DNA of 34,904 nucleotides from Perkinsus olseni (Eukaryota): NCBI GenBank assembly GCA_013115125.1, contig JABANN010000366.1, positions 1 to 34,904 of the forward strand, read 5' to 3'. Shown piece by piece: positions 23,901 to 34,802 of this stretch (position 1 is its first letter; each line of letters starts with the position of its first letter). The notes under the pieces were generated by a model. It saw only the letters and a program-made list of their open reading frames with translations, ran no database searches and was not told where the DNA came from. The position numbers and the translations under genes were made by a program.

Positions 23901-26900
23901 AGCGAAGTCCGAAGCCTCTGCCTCTATCTTCTGTTGCATCAGGTACACCAGAATTGACCCGAGCGTTGCCCTCGACGTCCCCGTGATGTCGTTTGTCCAC
24001 CCTGGTGCACCAGTTTTCAGGTAAAGGCCCTCTGGGGAGCGGAGGATTCTGCGTCTGCTACTGCTGCCTTCACTCAGGTGGAGCGTAGCTTGGCGATTTT
24101 GGCTGATGCCTCTTCCTATAGAGCCGCAGCTCGGGGGGACGCATGAGTTCAAAGTCGAGACGAGTGGAGGCACTAAGATCCTTCTCCAGTTGAATGGTGC
24201 GTCACCCTGTGGCGTACTGAGGTGCAGGCCAGCTCTGTCAGGGACGCGTTGTGGGTCGTTGGCCAGCTGCAACTTGACGATGGTGCCGCCGGTGCATAAC
24301 GTCGGTCGGCCCTTCCCGTGCTCTCTAACCTACACCCATCTACAAGGGCATGCTAAGCTCAGACTCCTACATCGATATCACTCAAATGATGCCACGACCG
24401 GACCACCTCTAATCACCAGTTGGAAAGAGGTCGTCGACCTGCCATCCGTGTTCCTTCTGCCGTTCATCGTTTCTGAGCAGTCGCGTCGCTCCCTCAGGTG
24501 AACGAGTCTGAGCTGCATTACCGTCTTTCCGTGAGCTACATCAACGGCCGAGTGCATTATGGACCAACTCCTTTCCAAGCCACTATCGAGGCTGGTCGCG
24601 CCGTGCCCAGCCAGTCCACCGTCACGGACCTGGGGATATTCTTCGTATACAGCGAGAACAGTTTCACCTTAATTCCTCGAGACGAGTGGGGGAATGGTGT
24701 AACCTGGTCGAGCGAGGTTCTAACCGACCGTCTCAATGCTTACATCAGCGGCGATCCGGACACCCCGATCAGCTGGGAGATCCATCCAACCATATCAGGC
24801 GCGTACAGGGCGACTCTGAGACCATCGATAAGCAGCGCGAAGATGCGGGCACTAGACGCAAATGAGCGAGAGTTTCTGGCGACCGCGAAGGTATCGTCCT
24901 TCTCGAGCCTGTTGGTGGTTACCCTGGACGGAGAGGATATAAAGGACTCGCCGTTGGAGGTTGTTGTCGGCCCTTCCAGCGGCTACGGACGATGGACGGT
25001 CATTGCCGGCGAGGGCGCCGTTGAGGCGACCGTCGCAACGGAGGCCTCCTTCGAACTCACGTTATACGACAGGCTGGAGAACCCGCGCCTCGACTGGGGC
25101 AAGGACGATGACGTCGAGTGTTGGGTGTCCAACACGGAGAGCTCTCACATCGTACCTGTCGACTGTACGTTCATGAACAATACCCAGGTTTGGAGGTGCC
25201 GTTATAAACCCATCATCAGCGGCAAGCTCCGGATTCAATGCCGGGTTAACGGCTACTTCGTTCGGGTGGGAACGGCCGAGCACATGTCAGTCACAGTGAT
25301 GCCTCATCCTGTTGCACCGGAGGGAGCGGCCCTCCATGAAATCTCCAGAAGGGAGGGAGAAGACGGCTCGCTGGACACAAGAGTGAATGCGTCGTTCAGC
25401 GTGTACAGCCCGGACACGGGACACGTGTGGCCTGATGCTTATCGAAAGGACCAGGATCCGCCGCAGCAGCTTGGTCTCTGGTATGAAGATATCTTCGACA
25501 ATATAGTGAGGGACGACCTCTCTGTGGCGATGCTGTGTACGGCTGACTACCCAGCGAGGCTGGGAGAGGAAGGCGTTGGCGACACGCGCTCGGATGCCTG
25601 CAGGAAGCAAATTGGACCGGTGGGCTCGCGCTTAGAATGGGCGTGACCGTTCATCCGTGGCAAGCTTAGGTTCAGCTCGACCCCAACCTTGGCCGTTTCA
25701 ATCTGCCGCTCACTCCCGAAGTCTTTCCATCAGATGGTGCCTATCGACTCTGGTGCTACGTCCTCCAACGCGGCGGTCTCTATCTCCGCGTGTGGGACTC
25801 AGCGTGGCCTGAAGACATGCATCACTCCAGTCAGGTCAGCTGGACTGTCGTTTCTGATGGGGCCTAGAGTGATCCCTGTTCTCAGAGGCGATACCCGTCC
25901 TCGGTGTCGTCTGAGGACTATGAAGTGCCATTGGAGTGGAGCTTCGCTTCGCTAATTTGGGACGGCTTCTTAAGGCCGGATGAGGATGGGGAGTATACGT
26001 TATCACTTAAAGCCCCATTGCATGCCACGGTTGTCCGACTATACTTCAACTACACTTCCGATGCTAATAACGCCACCATTCCGTTAAAGAGCAATATTCT
26101 ATACCCCGTGCAAGTGAGGTCCCCGGTTCGATCCCCGGTCGGCGCATTTTTGCGCAATCAGATACACTTATACGGCCTGAAGGGTGGGGACTCAGCGACC
26201 CTACTGTGGAGTAATGGCAGTGTACCGCTGCATCCACTGCAGGGGGAATATCTTTTCCATTCTCCCTCTCTCCTCGCGGACTTCCCGCGGCTTCTGAACG
26301 TAACCAATGCGACGTCGCAGAGTCAGAGGCGTCTTACGGAAGTTCCGATACCAATCGAACCCGTCGTAGCCGGTAGAAATCAGCCTTCTAGGGGTCCTCA
26401 AAAAAATAATACACGCAGGAAAGAGGCGACCTTACCGCCATTACTACCTCCCCCCCGCTCACCGCCATTGCATCTTCCACTACCACCATTACCACCATCG
26501 GCAGAGCAGGCCTCTCTCGTGGACGACGTGGTGATCTCCACTGATCAAAATGGTGACGTAGCCACAGTGGATGACCTAGCCACCGGTGAAAGATCAGCGG
26601 CCATTACGCGGATACTCAGTAGTGTTCCGGCCCAACCAGTAGTCGTACGTGGCGGTAACTCCGAGAACCGCATCACTATTAAATGGGACGCCGTGAGCAG
26701 CGCAGTGACCCCTGTGAACTACACCGTGCTGGTGGACGGCGACGTGAAAGTCTCGGGTGATCGGCCTACAGCGCCATGGCTTTCTGTGTCAGCTTTGACC
26801 AGGCACGATGGACCTCTCGTACACACTGACGCCTTGCGATAAGGGCGCGTACTACGACTTCAAAGTGACGCCCAGGCGTTTGCTTGTCTTTCTTCCTCTA

Positions 26901-29900
26901 TTGGATGCCAGGTTTATGCAAGCTCCCCGGCTGGCGATGGCCCAGTGAGCGGCAATCTCAATCGCCCTTGCGGGAGGATACCGGGCCCGACCGGCACACT
27001 GCGGTAAGCTACTACCGTGCCATATGAAGAGGTTATCACTTGTATCAGACCGCTCGGAGCCGATTGCCTGGCCAACCCTAAATGGATCGCTTTCGAGTGG
27101 GATCCACCAGAAGATGATGGTGGATTTCCCCTACGAGGGTATAAGATACTTCGAGCTCCACAGTCGGACCCGTTCAACTGGCAGCCTATAGACCCAGTAC
27201 CACACCTTCGCGGAATCGTCCATGTCTATGCATGTGGCAGGTCAGTGGCGTGGCGGTGCATCAGACCAATTTCACTGATAAGTTCACCGGGAGTCTCGTC
27301 TTCGGGCAATACTACAGTTACAGAGTGGTGGCGATGAACGGCATTGATGATCTTGACCACTCAAATGCGTCCGAGCCTCTAGTAGCGCTATGCAGTACGG
27401 ATGAGAGTTCGTTGCCTTGTTTGTCATTGCGCTGCTACTAGCCACCCCTCCAGCGTCTCCGGCTGCTCCCACGAGGGACTACCCTCCACACTCCAGAACG
27501 GCTGTAACTGTGTATTGGCAGGAAGTAGCCTGAGGGCTCCCCCCATCATTCTGCTATCCGTGCTTTCGCTGTGTTCAGGTGTCAGGAGCCGATGGCTATC
27601 GACTCTACGCCAAGCGTGATGATTACGAGGCGGTCAGTCTGATCTATGACGGTATGGGCCTTGGAGGTCGCCTCAACTTTACACACGCCAAGTGGGCCGC
27701 CCCTTCAAGCTAGTGGACTCGAGCTTTCCGCGCAGCTTGGAGGCGGGTGTAGTTTACACCTACTGGTTGACGGCTCTCTCGGCGGCTAGCGAGAGCGGCT
27801 GGTCTCTACCGCTCGTGGCTGTGGCAGCTGAACTCAGTGGACCGCCCTCCGTTGTACCACCGGAGAGACCGCAGGATTTCAGGTGAGAATCGACACTGAC
27901 TGACCTCCCCCATCCACCAGAGCGAAGCACAATAAGCCTAGGCCATCCTCTTGTATATATTCATGTCATTTCTTCAGGTGGCAGTATCCCGAAGACGATG
28001 GAGGGACACCGGTGAGGTCATTCCAGGTTCTCATGGAACTTTACAATGCGTCGCGAAGCGGCCCGGTTAACTGGACTGCACAGAACGACTCGATCCTCCA
28101 CTATCGCCCATGGAGAACCTCACTTTCAAGGTGGATGCTGTGGACATGCTGCTGAGTAGCCAGAGCGGTCGTCAGAACGGATCTCTTTGAGATTGGCCGA
28201 GACTACGTCTTGAGAGTCCGAGCAGTAACTGACGCGGGAGAGGGAAAGTCATCTTCTGGAGTGCTGGTGAGCGGAGGCCAGTCAACGCAGCTCATAACAT
28301 TGTGGTCGTCTAACGTGTCGCGGTAAGGATCGCCTTCGACGCACGAGTGGTTCACAGTTCCTGGCTCCCTATGCTTTGTCAGAGACCACGTCGAGTTGGA
28401 GTGGGCTAGTCCTGGATCCAACACCACCATGGACGTGTACGTGGACGATGGGAACGATGGCTCGTTGGTCTTCTGGACCGGAGGCATCTCTTACACTAGA
28501 GCTACGATTGGTCCTCTGATGACAGGAAAGAAGTATAGAGTTCAGGTATGAGGCTGGAGCCTGCTGTATCTGTCTCTCGACGACTGTAGAACGTGCCGGT
28601 TTAGCTTAGTGGTAGAGCGTCAGTCTTGTAAACTGAAGGTCGGCGGTTCGATCCCGCCATCCGGCTTATCTTATTCGGGCTCAAGAAATCTCGGGAGACC
28701 TTCTTAGTTCCTCTCCCCGTCAGTATATTCGATGACAACAAGCGCTACGAGCACGAAATTTGATACCGAACTTCCCCCGCAGGTCATCAGTTCGAACACC
28801 TGCCTCGTCGAGCATTGCCATAACGGCCCTTCGACACCGACCACTGTTGCTGTACTTTCTGATGTGATTAATGTAACGCTGTCTGCCCATGCTGGCCCGC
28901 CACAAACTGATCTTAGTGTTGATACTACTGGCACCACGGTCGAAGTAAGCGCGCTTTGCGCCGGCTGCTAACGAGTGGCTCTATGAGGCTTCTTGGTCAT
29001 CACCACCTGCGTAACTCAGGTATCTTGGAAGCCCAACTCGGACACCGGAGGAACTCCTGTCACGGCTTGGATCATTGAGCGTGACAACGGCACTGCAAGC
29101 TTGTCAAATCATCCCAATACGGAGTTCTCCCAGATAGCGCGACTTGAGGTGGCCGAGTCGCGGATGTTCTTTGTGGACTCGCCGCCGCTGAATGTGTCTG
29201 TCATGCTTGGTTGGTGCTCCTCCTGCCCTGTGCGATACCGCTATCGAGTGCGCCCGGTGAACGCTGCGGGAGAATCGAGATGGTCTTCCATTACCCAAGA
29301 TGCTTGGATGGTTCCTACCCCTGGTTTGCCGACAGCGTCGCTGCTGAATGACGTCGACGGCGGTCCGTGTCTGGTCGTGGCATGGGACAACGTCTCGTAC
29401 GCCGCGTTCTATCAGGTGAGGTTCTGAGCTACCATGGAGCGATTACCGTGATTACGCAAGGTACGAGGAGAACTCTCCGACCCGGAGGATACGGCAGACT
29501 CGTCAGAGTCTTTTTTTGTGAACGGTACCACCGACCTACAGTCGACCTTCTGCCCTGATGATCGAACCTTGGGGAAGCGCTACGCTTTTTCCGTGAGTCT
29601 CGAGGAAGCGCCAAATCTCTCTCGAAGAACATATTACTTACCAGTCTTCTTTGTTACTCTCTTAACCGGCTGCTATTTGACGTCTGCCACGTTTGCCAGG
29701 TACGAGGTGTGAATCTCGCTGGTAACGAGGGTCCTTGGAGCTCGTACGTGACTGGTTTCATGGCGCGCGCTCCTTCCCCGCCCTCTCAACTGCGGCTTGT
29801 GGATGCTGATTGCTACCGCGGCCCTAATATCACCTTTCGCTGTAACACGCTCGACCTCGGCATAATCCCAAACACTACCGCTCCTAACACTACTACATGT

Positions 29901-31687
29901 AACAAGCTTTCCTGGCGGTACCCGGAAGATGACGGTGGATGCCGGGTGGTGGCGTATCAGCTGTTCCGCGACGGAACCCCAATCGCAATGGTCCCGGCGA
30001 GCAACACGTTCTTCGCCGATTTCAACGCTAGCTTGGTCTGTGGTGAACAGTATAGGTATGCTATCCGCGCTATCAATTGTAGGAGAGACGAATGCAGCCC
30101 TTTAGTTAGCAAAACCATCCAGCAGGGTGCACGACCAATGCCATTGTGCGCAGATTTTGTCGAGACCGCCACAGGTTGGGTATGTAATGGCAATGGCCTA
30201 ACAGCAAAGCCCTACTCAAACACATCGCTCTACTACAGCTGGCCTCGCCTCGGTGCTGCCTCGTCCCTTCGAGTGGACTGGCAGTCGGGGTTTGTTGGCA
30301 ATTCGAGCGTGCTCGGGTACATCCTCTTGCATGACGACGGCCGCATGGGTGACATGCAGGTTGTTTACAATGGAGTGGGACAACCGTCGCAAAATTTTCA
30401 TGTCCAGAGAAATCTGACGCCCGGTTTGACGTACAGAGCGATAGTCAAGGCTGTGACTACTGTTGGTGAAGGAGAGCCTTCCCCGACTCTCTACACTGTC
30501 ATGGCTGAGCCACCCGATCCTCCCACTAACTTGAGGATTGAATGGGCAACTCCAACTGGTGGGGTCGACATCTACTGGACTCCTCCGGTCTACACTGGCC
30601 ACAGTCCCATTACACGCTATGTCGTCCAGCATCGCGTGGTGGGCGAGAGCTCTGACTTCTTCACTGTTCCTCGCACTCCGAGCGGTGTTGAACAAGGGCC
30701 TTATCGTCTTGACGAAAACGACGACCTGGCGGGTGACCGAGAGTTCGAATTCCGCATAGCGAGTGTAAATGTCGCTGGTCGGAGTCGGTGGAGTAGCACT
30801 GTATCGAGATGGCTGGGGGAGCGACCACTCGCCCTGCCAGAAAGACTCGGACCGTGGATCTCGAAGATCAACATGACGCATTTGGAAATATCATGGCCCG
30901 AGCTAGATGACGAGTCGCTGTTGAGGATGGCGAATATCTTCATCCCTCGAAAAGACGTGTGGGGTTATGTTTTGCACTCGTATTCATTCACTGGAAACTT
31001 CACGCCTACTGAAGTTCTAAGAGTAACGGCAGAATCAGCTATGAGGACTGCTGTTGTTGCTGTTCCACAAGAAGCTACTTGTGGTGGTTTGTTCTGTGTT
31101 ATGTTACGCTTGTGGACGCTAGTTGGTGACGGCCCAACGTACCCGGAGCGAAGAGTCTGCACGGTAACCTCTGACCTCCCGGGCATGCCCGTTGAGCTGC
31201 TGGGCGTCCCATCACCGAGCAATAACTCCAATGTGTGGCTGACGTGGCGAGAGCCCGTTTATAGCGGGTGTCATATTGTTGTGCAGTACCTTGTTGAGGT
31301 GTACGATACCGTGATGTCAGATTCTGAAGTCCTATGGTCGCCCGCCAAGTAAGTATGCGCTTCGCCGACGCGATACATGTGAATTAGATTGTACAACGCG
31401 TCCTCGCATGTTAATCACTCTTTCGCTGTCAGTCTCGTGCCCCCGTCGGTGAGCACTACAAAGCAACCGGATACTGCAGAGTTAGCTGTGAACATCACTG
31501 ATCTTGTTCCCGGTCGAGAATACTGGCTCCGCGTTCGAGCTCGTACGAATTACAACTATGTTTGTACAGCGAGAGACAGTTGCACTCCGAGTAAGCTGTC
31601 GCTGGGAAGACACGTACCGGACATGAGTGACCCTCATCAGGTTGGGGGCCGCCGAGCGGAGAGATTGCGTTCACTCCATCAGGCTGA
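17911..31687 (+). CDS. Giant secreted multidomain protein: signal peptide, FN3, filamin/Ig-like repeats with PA14 domains, Pro-rich linker, C-terminal FN3 array (dozens of exons)
   Basis: N-terminus MRRYLLPIVVIPTVMSA. FN3: WEEPDNGGSPIHTYKLYVD...LRPDLTYSFRIYAANSVG. PA14: LLGQYWDN...FVSARWTGFVQPP...CRIWVDG...IRLLWSS and SLIWDGFLRPDEDGEYTLSL. Filamin-like: RDVAGN, HVEGSPF, RDRFGN, IKDSPL. Further FN3: WDPPEDDGGFPLRGY, WRYPEDDGGC, WTPPVYTGHSPITRY. Last exon (S)WGPPSGEIAFTPSG*, TGA 31685-31687. Confidence 0.85.
18674..18792. mobile_element. MITE-like foldback element inside an enlarged intron
   Basis: Imperfect terminal inverted repeats: ATGTTCAATAGACTGCTGCCTCT (from 18674) versus the reverse complement of AGAGGCAGTCCATTGAACAT (to 18792). 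No clear target-site duplication. Confidence 0.4.
23628..23700 (+). tRNA. trnV-UAC: tRNA-Val(UAC), intronic
   Basis: 73-nt cloverleaf: acceptor GCCGGGG/CTCTGGT (three G-U pairs), D-arm GTC..TAGTGGTTAT..GAC, anticodon arm TCTGC-CTTACAC-GCAGA, T-arm GCGAG-TTCGATC-CTCGC, discriminator A. Lies in intron 23573-23778. Confidence 0.93.
26114..26151 (+). pseudogene. tRNA 3'-half fragment forming most of a 48-nt intron
   Basis: GAGGTC (variable loop), CCCGG-TTCGATC-CCCGG (T-arm, one C-C mismatch), TCGGCGCA (3' acceptor strand plus discriminator), then TTTTT. Confidence 0.6.
28595..28666 (+). tRNA. trnT-UGU: tRNA-Thr(UGU), intronic
   Basis: 72-nt cloverleaf: acceptor GCCGGTT/ATCCGGC (one U-U mismatch), D-arm GCTT..AGTGGTA..GAGC, anticodon arm TCAGT-CTTGTAA-ACTGA, T-arm GGCGG-TTCGATC-CCGCC. 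Lies in intron 28546-28782. Confidence 0.94.
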
Positions 31688-31988
31688 CGATAGACTCTTG
31701 CTGCTGCTGCATGCTGTCCTAGCTGCTCGCTCAAGTTGTTCATCTTCAATACTTTTAAGACTTGAGTCCCCGTCGCGGAATTACTTTCCTTTATCCACGA
31801 TATCGCAGTTGATATGGTGGGACTGCGGGAAGAACACCTTCACGACACAAAGGAACACGTCGCAAAGATTAACAGCTCAGCTGAATTCCTAGCCATGCTC
31901 GAGAGAGTGTTAAGTGTGACATCATACAATTGTGTGTATGGCAGGCTCTAACAGTTGTCTGTAGGTATTTGGTTCTATTTGTTTTCTT

Positions 31989-32234
31989 ATGTTTTTCGCC
32001 ACCGTCGCTACCATGGCTTCTGCCGTTGCTGTTGCTTCGGCCACGGAAGATTCCTGCGCCTCCCTCTGTAACCAGATTGATGGTTGCAAGACTGCCAAGT
32101 ACGGATCATACTGCAAGGCCTGGAAGGAGCCCGCCGTCTGCTTTGGTCTCGTGAGGAAGGCTGATGGTTCTTACTGCTTCCAGCCCACCGACAAGGATTG
32201 CATGATACCCTACACGAAACTCCCAGGTGGCTAG
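31989..32234 (+). CDS. Small secreted Cys-rich protein, Perkinsus MOE-like family
   Basis: Hydrophobic signal peptide followed by C-x3-C-x5-C...YGSYCKAW...VCFGLVRKADG..CFQPTD..C. Family resemblance is from memory and not searched. Confidence 0.7.
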   Translation: MFFATVATMASAVAVASATEDSCASLCNQIDGCKTAKYGSYCKAWKEPAVCFGLVRKADGSYCFQPTDKDCMIPYTKLPGG

Positions 32235-32645
32235 TGACTCCTAGCTATACCTTAGCTCCGTACTGATATAGTCTGTAATCTGTCATCGCCTGTCCGTTGT
32301 AGTGACCAGCGGCGTCAACCATTGTACGTGTGTATCTGTTAGTTTGGTAAGCGTGCTGGCTCAATTTGCCCACCCTCTGCCACCCGGGTAGTTTTACTGT
32401 CTGCATCTGGACGTGCAATCCACAGCTGTCGGTGGATGGCAGTCCGATGGCCCAGATTTGATCGGCAGGGCGGGACGAGTCGAGTTGACGAGTTTTGGGT
32501 GGGAAGCTGCGATCGGGCCTAGGTTTGCATCTGCCGGCAGTGTCCTCATCGTAGATGCCACCTGAGCAGTTCATCATCGGAGCTTCAGCTGCTATCGCTG
32601 TTGCATTGCTCGCAAAGCCGACCTTGAGTAGAGCGGTGAAAACAG

Positions 32646-33434
32646 TGGCCTCGCATCATTGCAAGAACGTAGATGTAGGAACGCACTCCGGGCGCCTCTA
32701 CTCTTCTTGGTAGTGGTCTCAATTCTCACCGTCTATCGTGCCTTGCAGGTATAGCTGTAGAAATACTGCGGTATTTAGATAACCGTCTTCTCACACCTAC
32801 TTGCGTCGTTCTCAGGACTATCCTCCACAGAAGCCCTCTCGTTTTCACTTTGTAGACAACACTACTGAGTGTTCTTACGGCAACGGCCTGGTCAGAGGAG
32901 AGCATATTGCATTATTGAAGGTATACGTCGATGAAAACGCGGTAGAAACCGAGTGGATTTATTGCCCCTAGATTGATGGGCAACACAAACCATTTGAGGC
33001 GGCGTGAGACTCGACTCATTGATGTCGTCGATTCTGCACTGCTCTTTCCATGATGCAGTTGCTCGGGGCCTACAGCCCTCGTGGTGTATAGGTTAGTTCC
33101 CCACTTCGATGCTCACCCTCTTGAGGGCACTGGACTAAATCCTCTCGAACCCATCGATAACGGTTCAAGCAGGTGATCCGTCAGCTGCTCTTATGGAGCA
33201 GGTTTGGCCGATGTTCTTGCGGCGGGTGGGCAAAGAACCGCCGCGAGCTCGTGCACCATTACTCTGCTCGGACCGATCTATATCCCGTTGCATCGTGCCA
33301 TACAGTGGCTTAGCTTTGAAGGCCAGCTAGGGCGCCGCCTTAGCGTTATCACCATCCCGAAGGCTCTCGTTCGCCCCACTTGGCGAGCGACAGATCCTTT
33401 TTTCGGGCGAAGTTCGAATTTCCCCTCGTTTTAG
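32646..33434 (+). CDS. Short-exon hypothetical gene or pseudogene (...YSCRNTADYPPQKPSRFHFVDNTTECSYGNGLVRGEHIALLKIDGQHKPFEAACSGPTALVVYR...)
   Basis: Several small exons join in frame through GT-AG introns, but the frame breaks near 33126 and both ends are unresolved. Confidence 0.3.
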
Positions 33435-33643
33435 TCGGCTTATATAAGGGACCTATCCTCTATCTGGCAATTCCCGAATGTTGTCGGGTAATTGATTGCT
33501 GCTGAGCGACGGGAGGTTGATGTGCTAGGTCAACAATGCACTTTTTCCGGGTCTGTACCAGTGGGTCACTACCCAATAGCAGTAACAGCGGATATGATCC
33601 ACTTTTATGATGTTCTCATGCAGTGATCACGCTGAATAATAGA

Positions 33644-34587
33644 ATGTCGCCCAAACAAGTCTTCGTCGGAACTGCAGCTGCTGCCGCTGCCGTATTCTTT
33701 TCGGAGCTGCCCCTGGGGACTGCGAGCGGCGCAGTGGCCCGTCACGACCCGGACGGTGTAAGAATGAGAGGTCGGCTGATGTGTGCACTTGTATGAATGA
33801 GCGCCTGTGGCGTCTGAACCCTTCATCGTGCTTCACGGGTGTGACCCCTCTGCTTCCTTGCAAGCCAATACCTAACAACCGCCTGTTGAGCGTCCCACTC
33901 TCAGGGCTTTCCTCAACCGCAGACTCGAGGGACATACTTCGATGGAGTGAAGAAGGTTGCTCAGTGCTTTTATACTGATGCTCTCGCGGATAGTCCCACA
34001 CTATTCTTGTGGGTGAAGGAAGACGGATTAGCAACAAGTAACATCAACTGCCCCAAGACTGAAGCCAACAACGCCTCCAGGATGCGGTAAGTGATGATTG
34101 GAATGCCATTGTTACGCCATTCTGATTGCAATCTTATAGTTACTGGGACTCTTCCCACAACCTCTGGAGGTATGAACCTAAAAACCCCCCTATCGTGTAT
34201 ACATTCACGGGGCGTCCTCCATCCGGAACTGGACTCAACCCGCTCATGAACGTCGACATATCGGCCATGCGTGATGAGCTAAGTGAGCTTCTCGCGGCCG
34301 CTTGGGAAGTTGAGCTCACAAAAGACTTCCCTCACGGCTGGGCGACTGATGGGTACAAGGACTTGACGATCCCGGCCAAGCTAGACCTGATAAAAAAGTT
34401 AAGGAATGTTTGCCTAGCTGCTCGCACTGTACTGAAGGAGCACTTTGGCACCTATGGAAAAATGTGCGACGAGCATTCCAAGAACGCCAAGGAGGCCAAA
34501 GACACTGCTCACCGCTTAGAATGGCATTTCAAACCTGTCAAAGGATGGAATATGGTCGACATACGCGCCCCATACCTGGGTGAATGA
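33644..34587 (+). CDS. Secreted hypothetical protein, 3 exons, 247 aa
   Basis: Exons 33644-33757, 33905-34086, 34140-34587; both introns are GTAAG...AG and in phase. Signal-peptide-like N-terminus MSPKQVFVGTAAAAAAVFFSELPLGTASG. Confidence 0.75.
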
Positions 34588-34802
34588 GGGCGTTTGGTCG
34601 GATACCCACTCATATATGGCTGTTGTTCATAATAATATCTACTTGCTATTAATTCACCGACGTTAATGGCCTTGACGGAAACATGATTTTGTTAGTGATG
34701 ATGATTATGACGAGGGCTCCTCTTTCCATGACGATGATTACGATGATGTAGTTGTTGTGTGATGGCCCTGGGCTCTTGTGTCTACACCATTTCCAGACCT
34801 AC

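Noticed and set aside
26070-26113. Exonic sequence as the missing 5' half of the tRNA fragment (CGCC...AGAGC at tRNA-like spacing)
   Set aside because: Only 4 of 7 acceptor pairs and no D or anticodon stem; it reads well as PA14 coding sequence.
28670-28685. GGCTCAAG resembling the 3' end of the perkinsid/dinoflagellate spliced leader
   Set aside because: Only 8 nt match; the upstream CCGTAGCCAT part is absent.
34091-34125. Box C (GTGATGA) and box D (CTGA) in an intron
   Set aside because: Only 35 nt span, too short for a C/D snoRNA, and no terminal stem.
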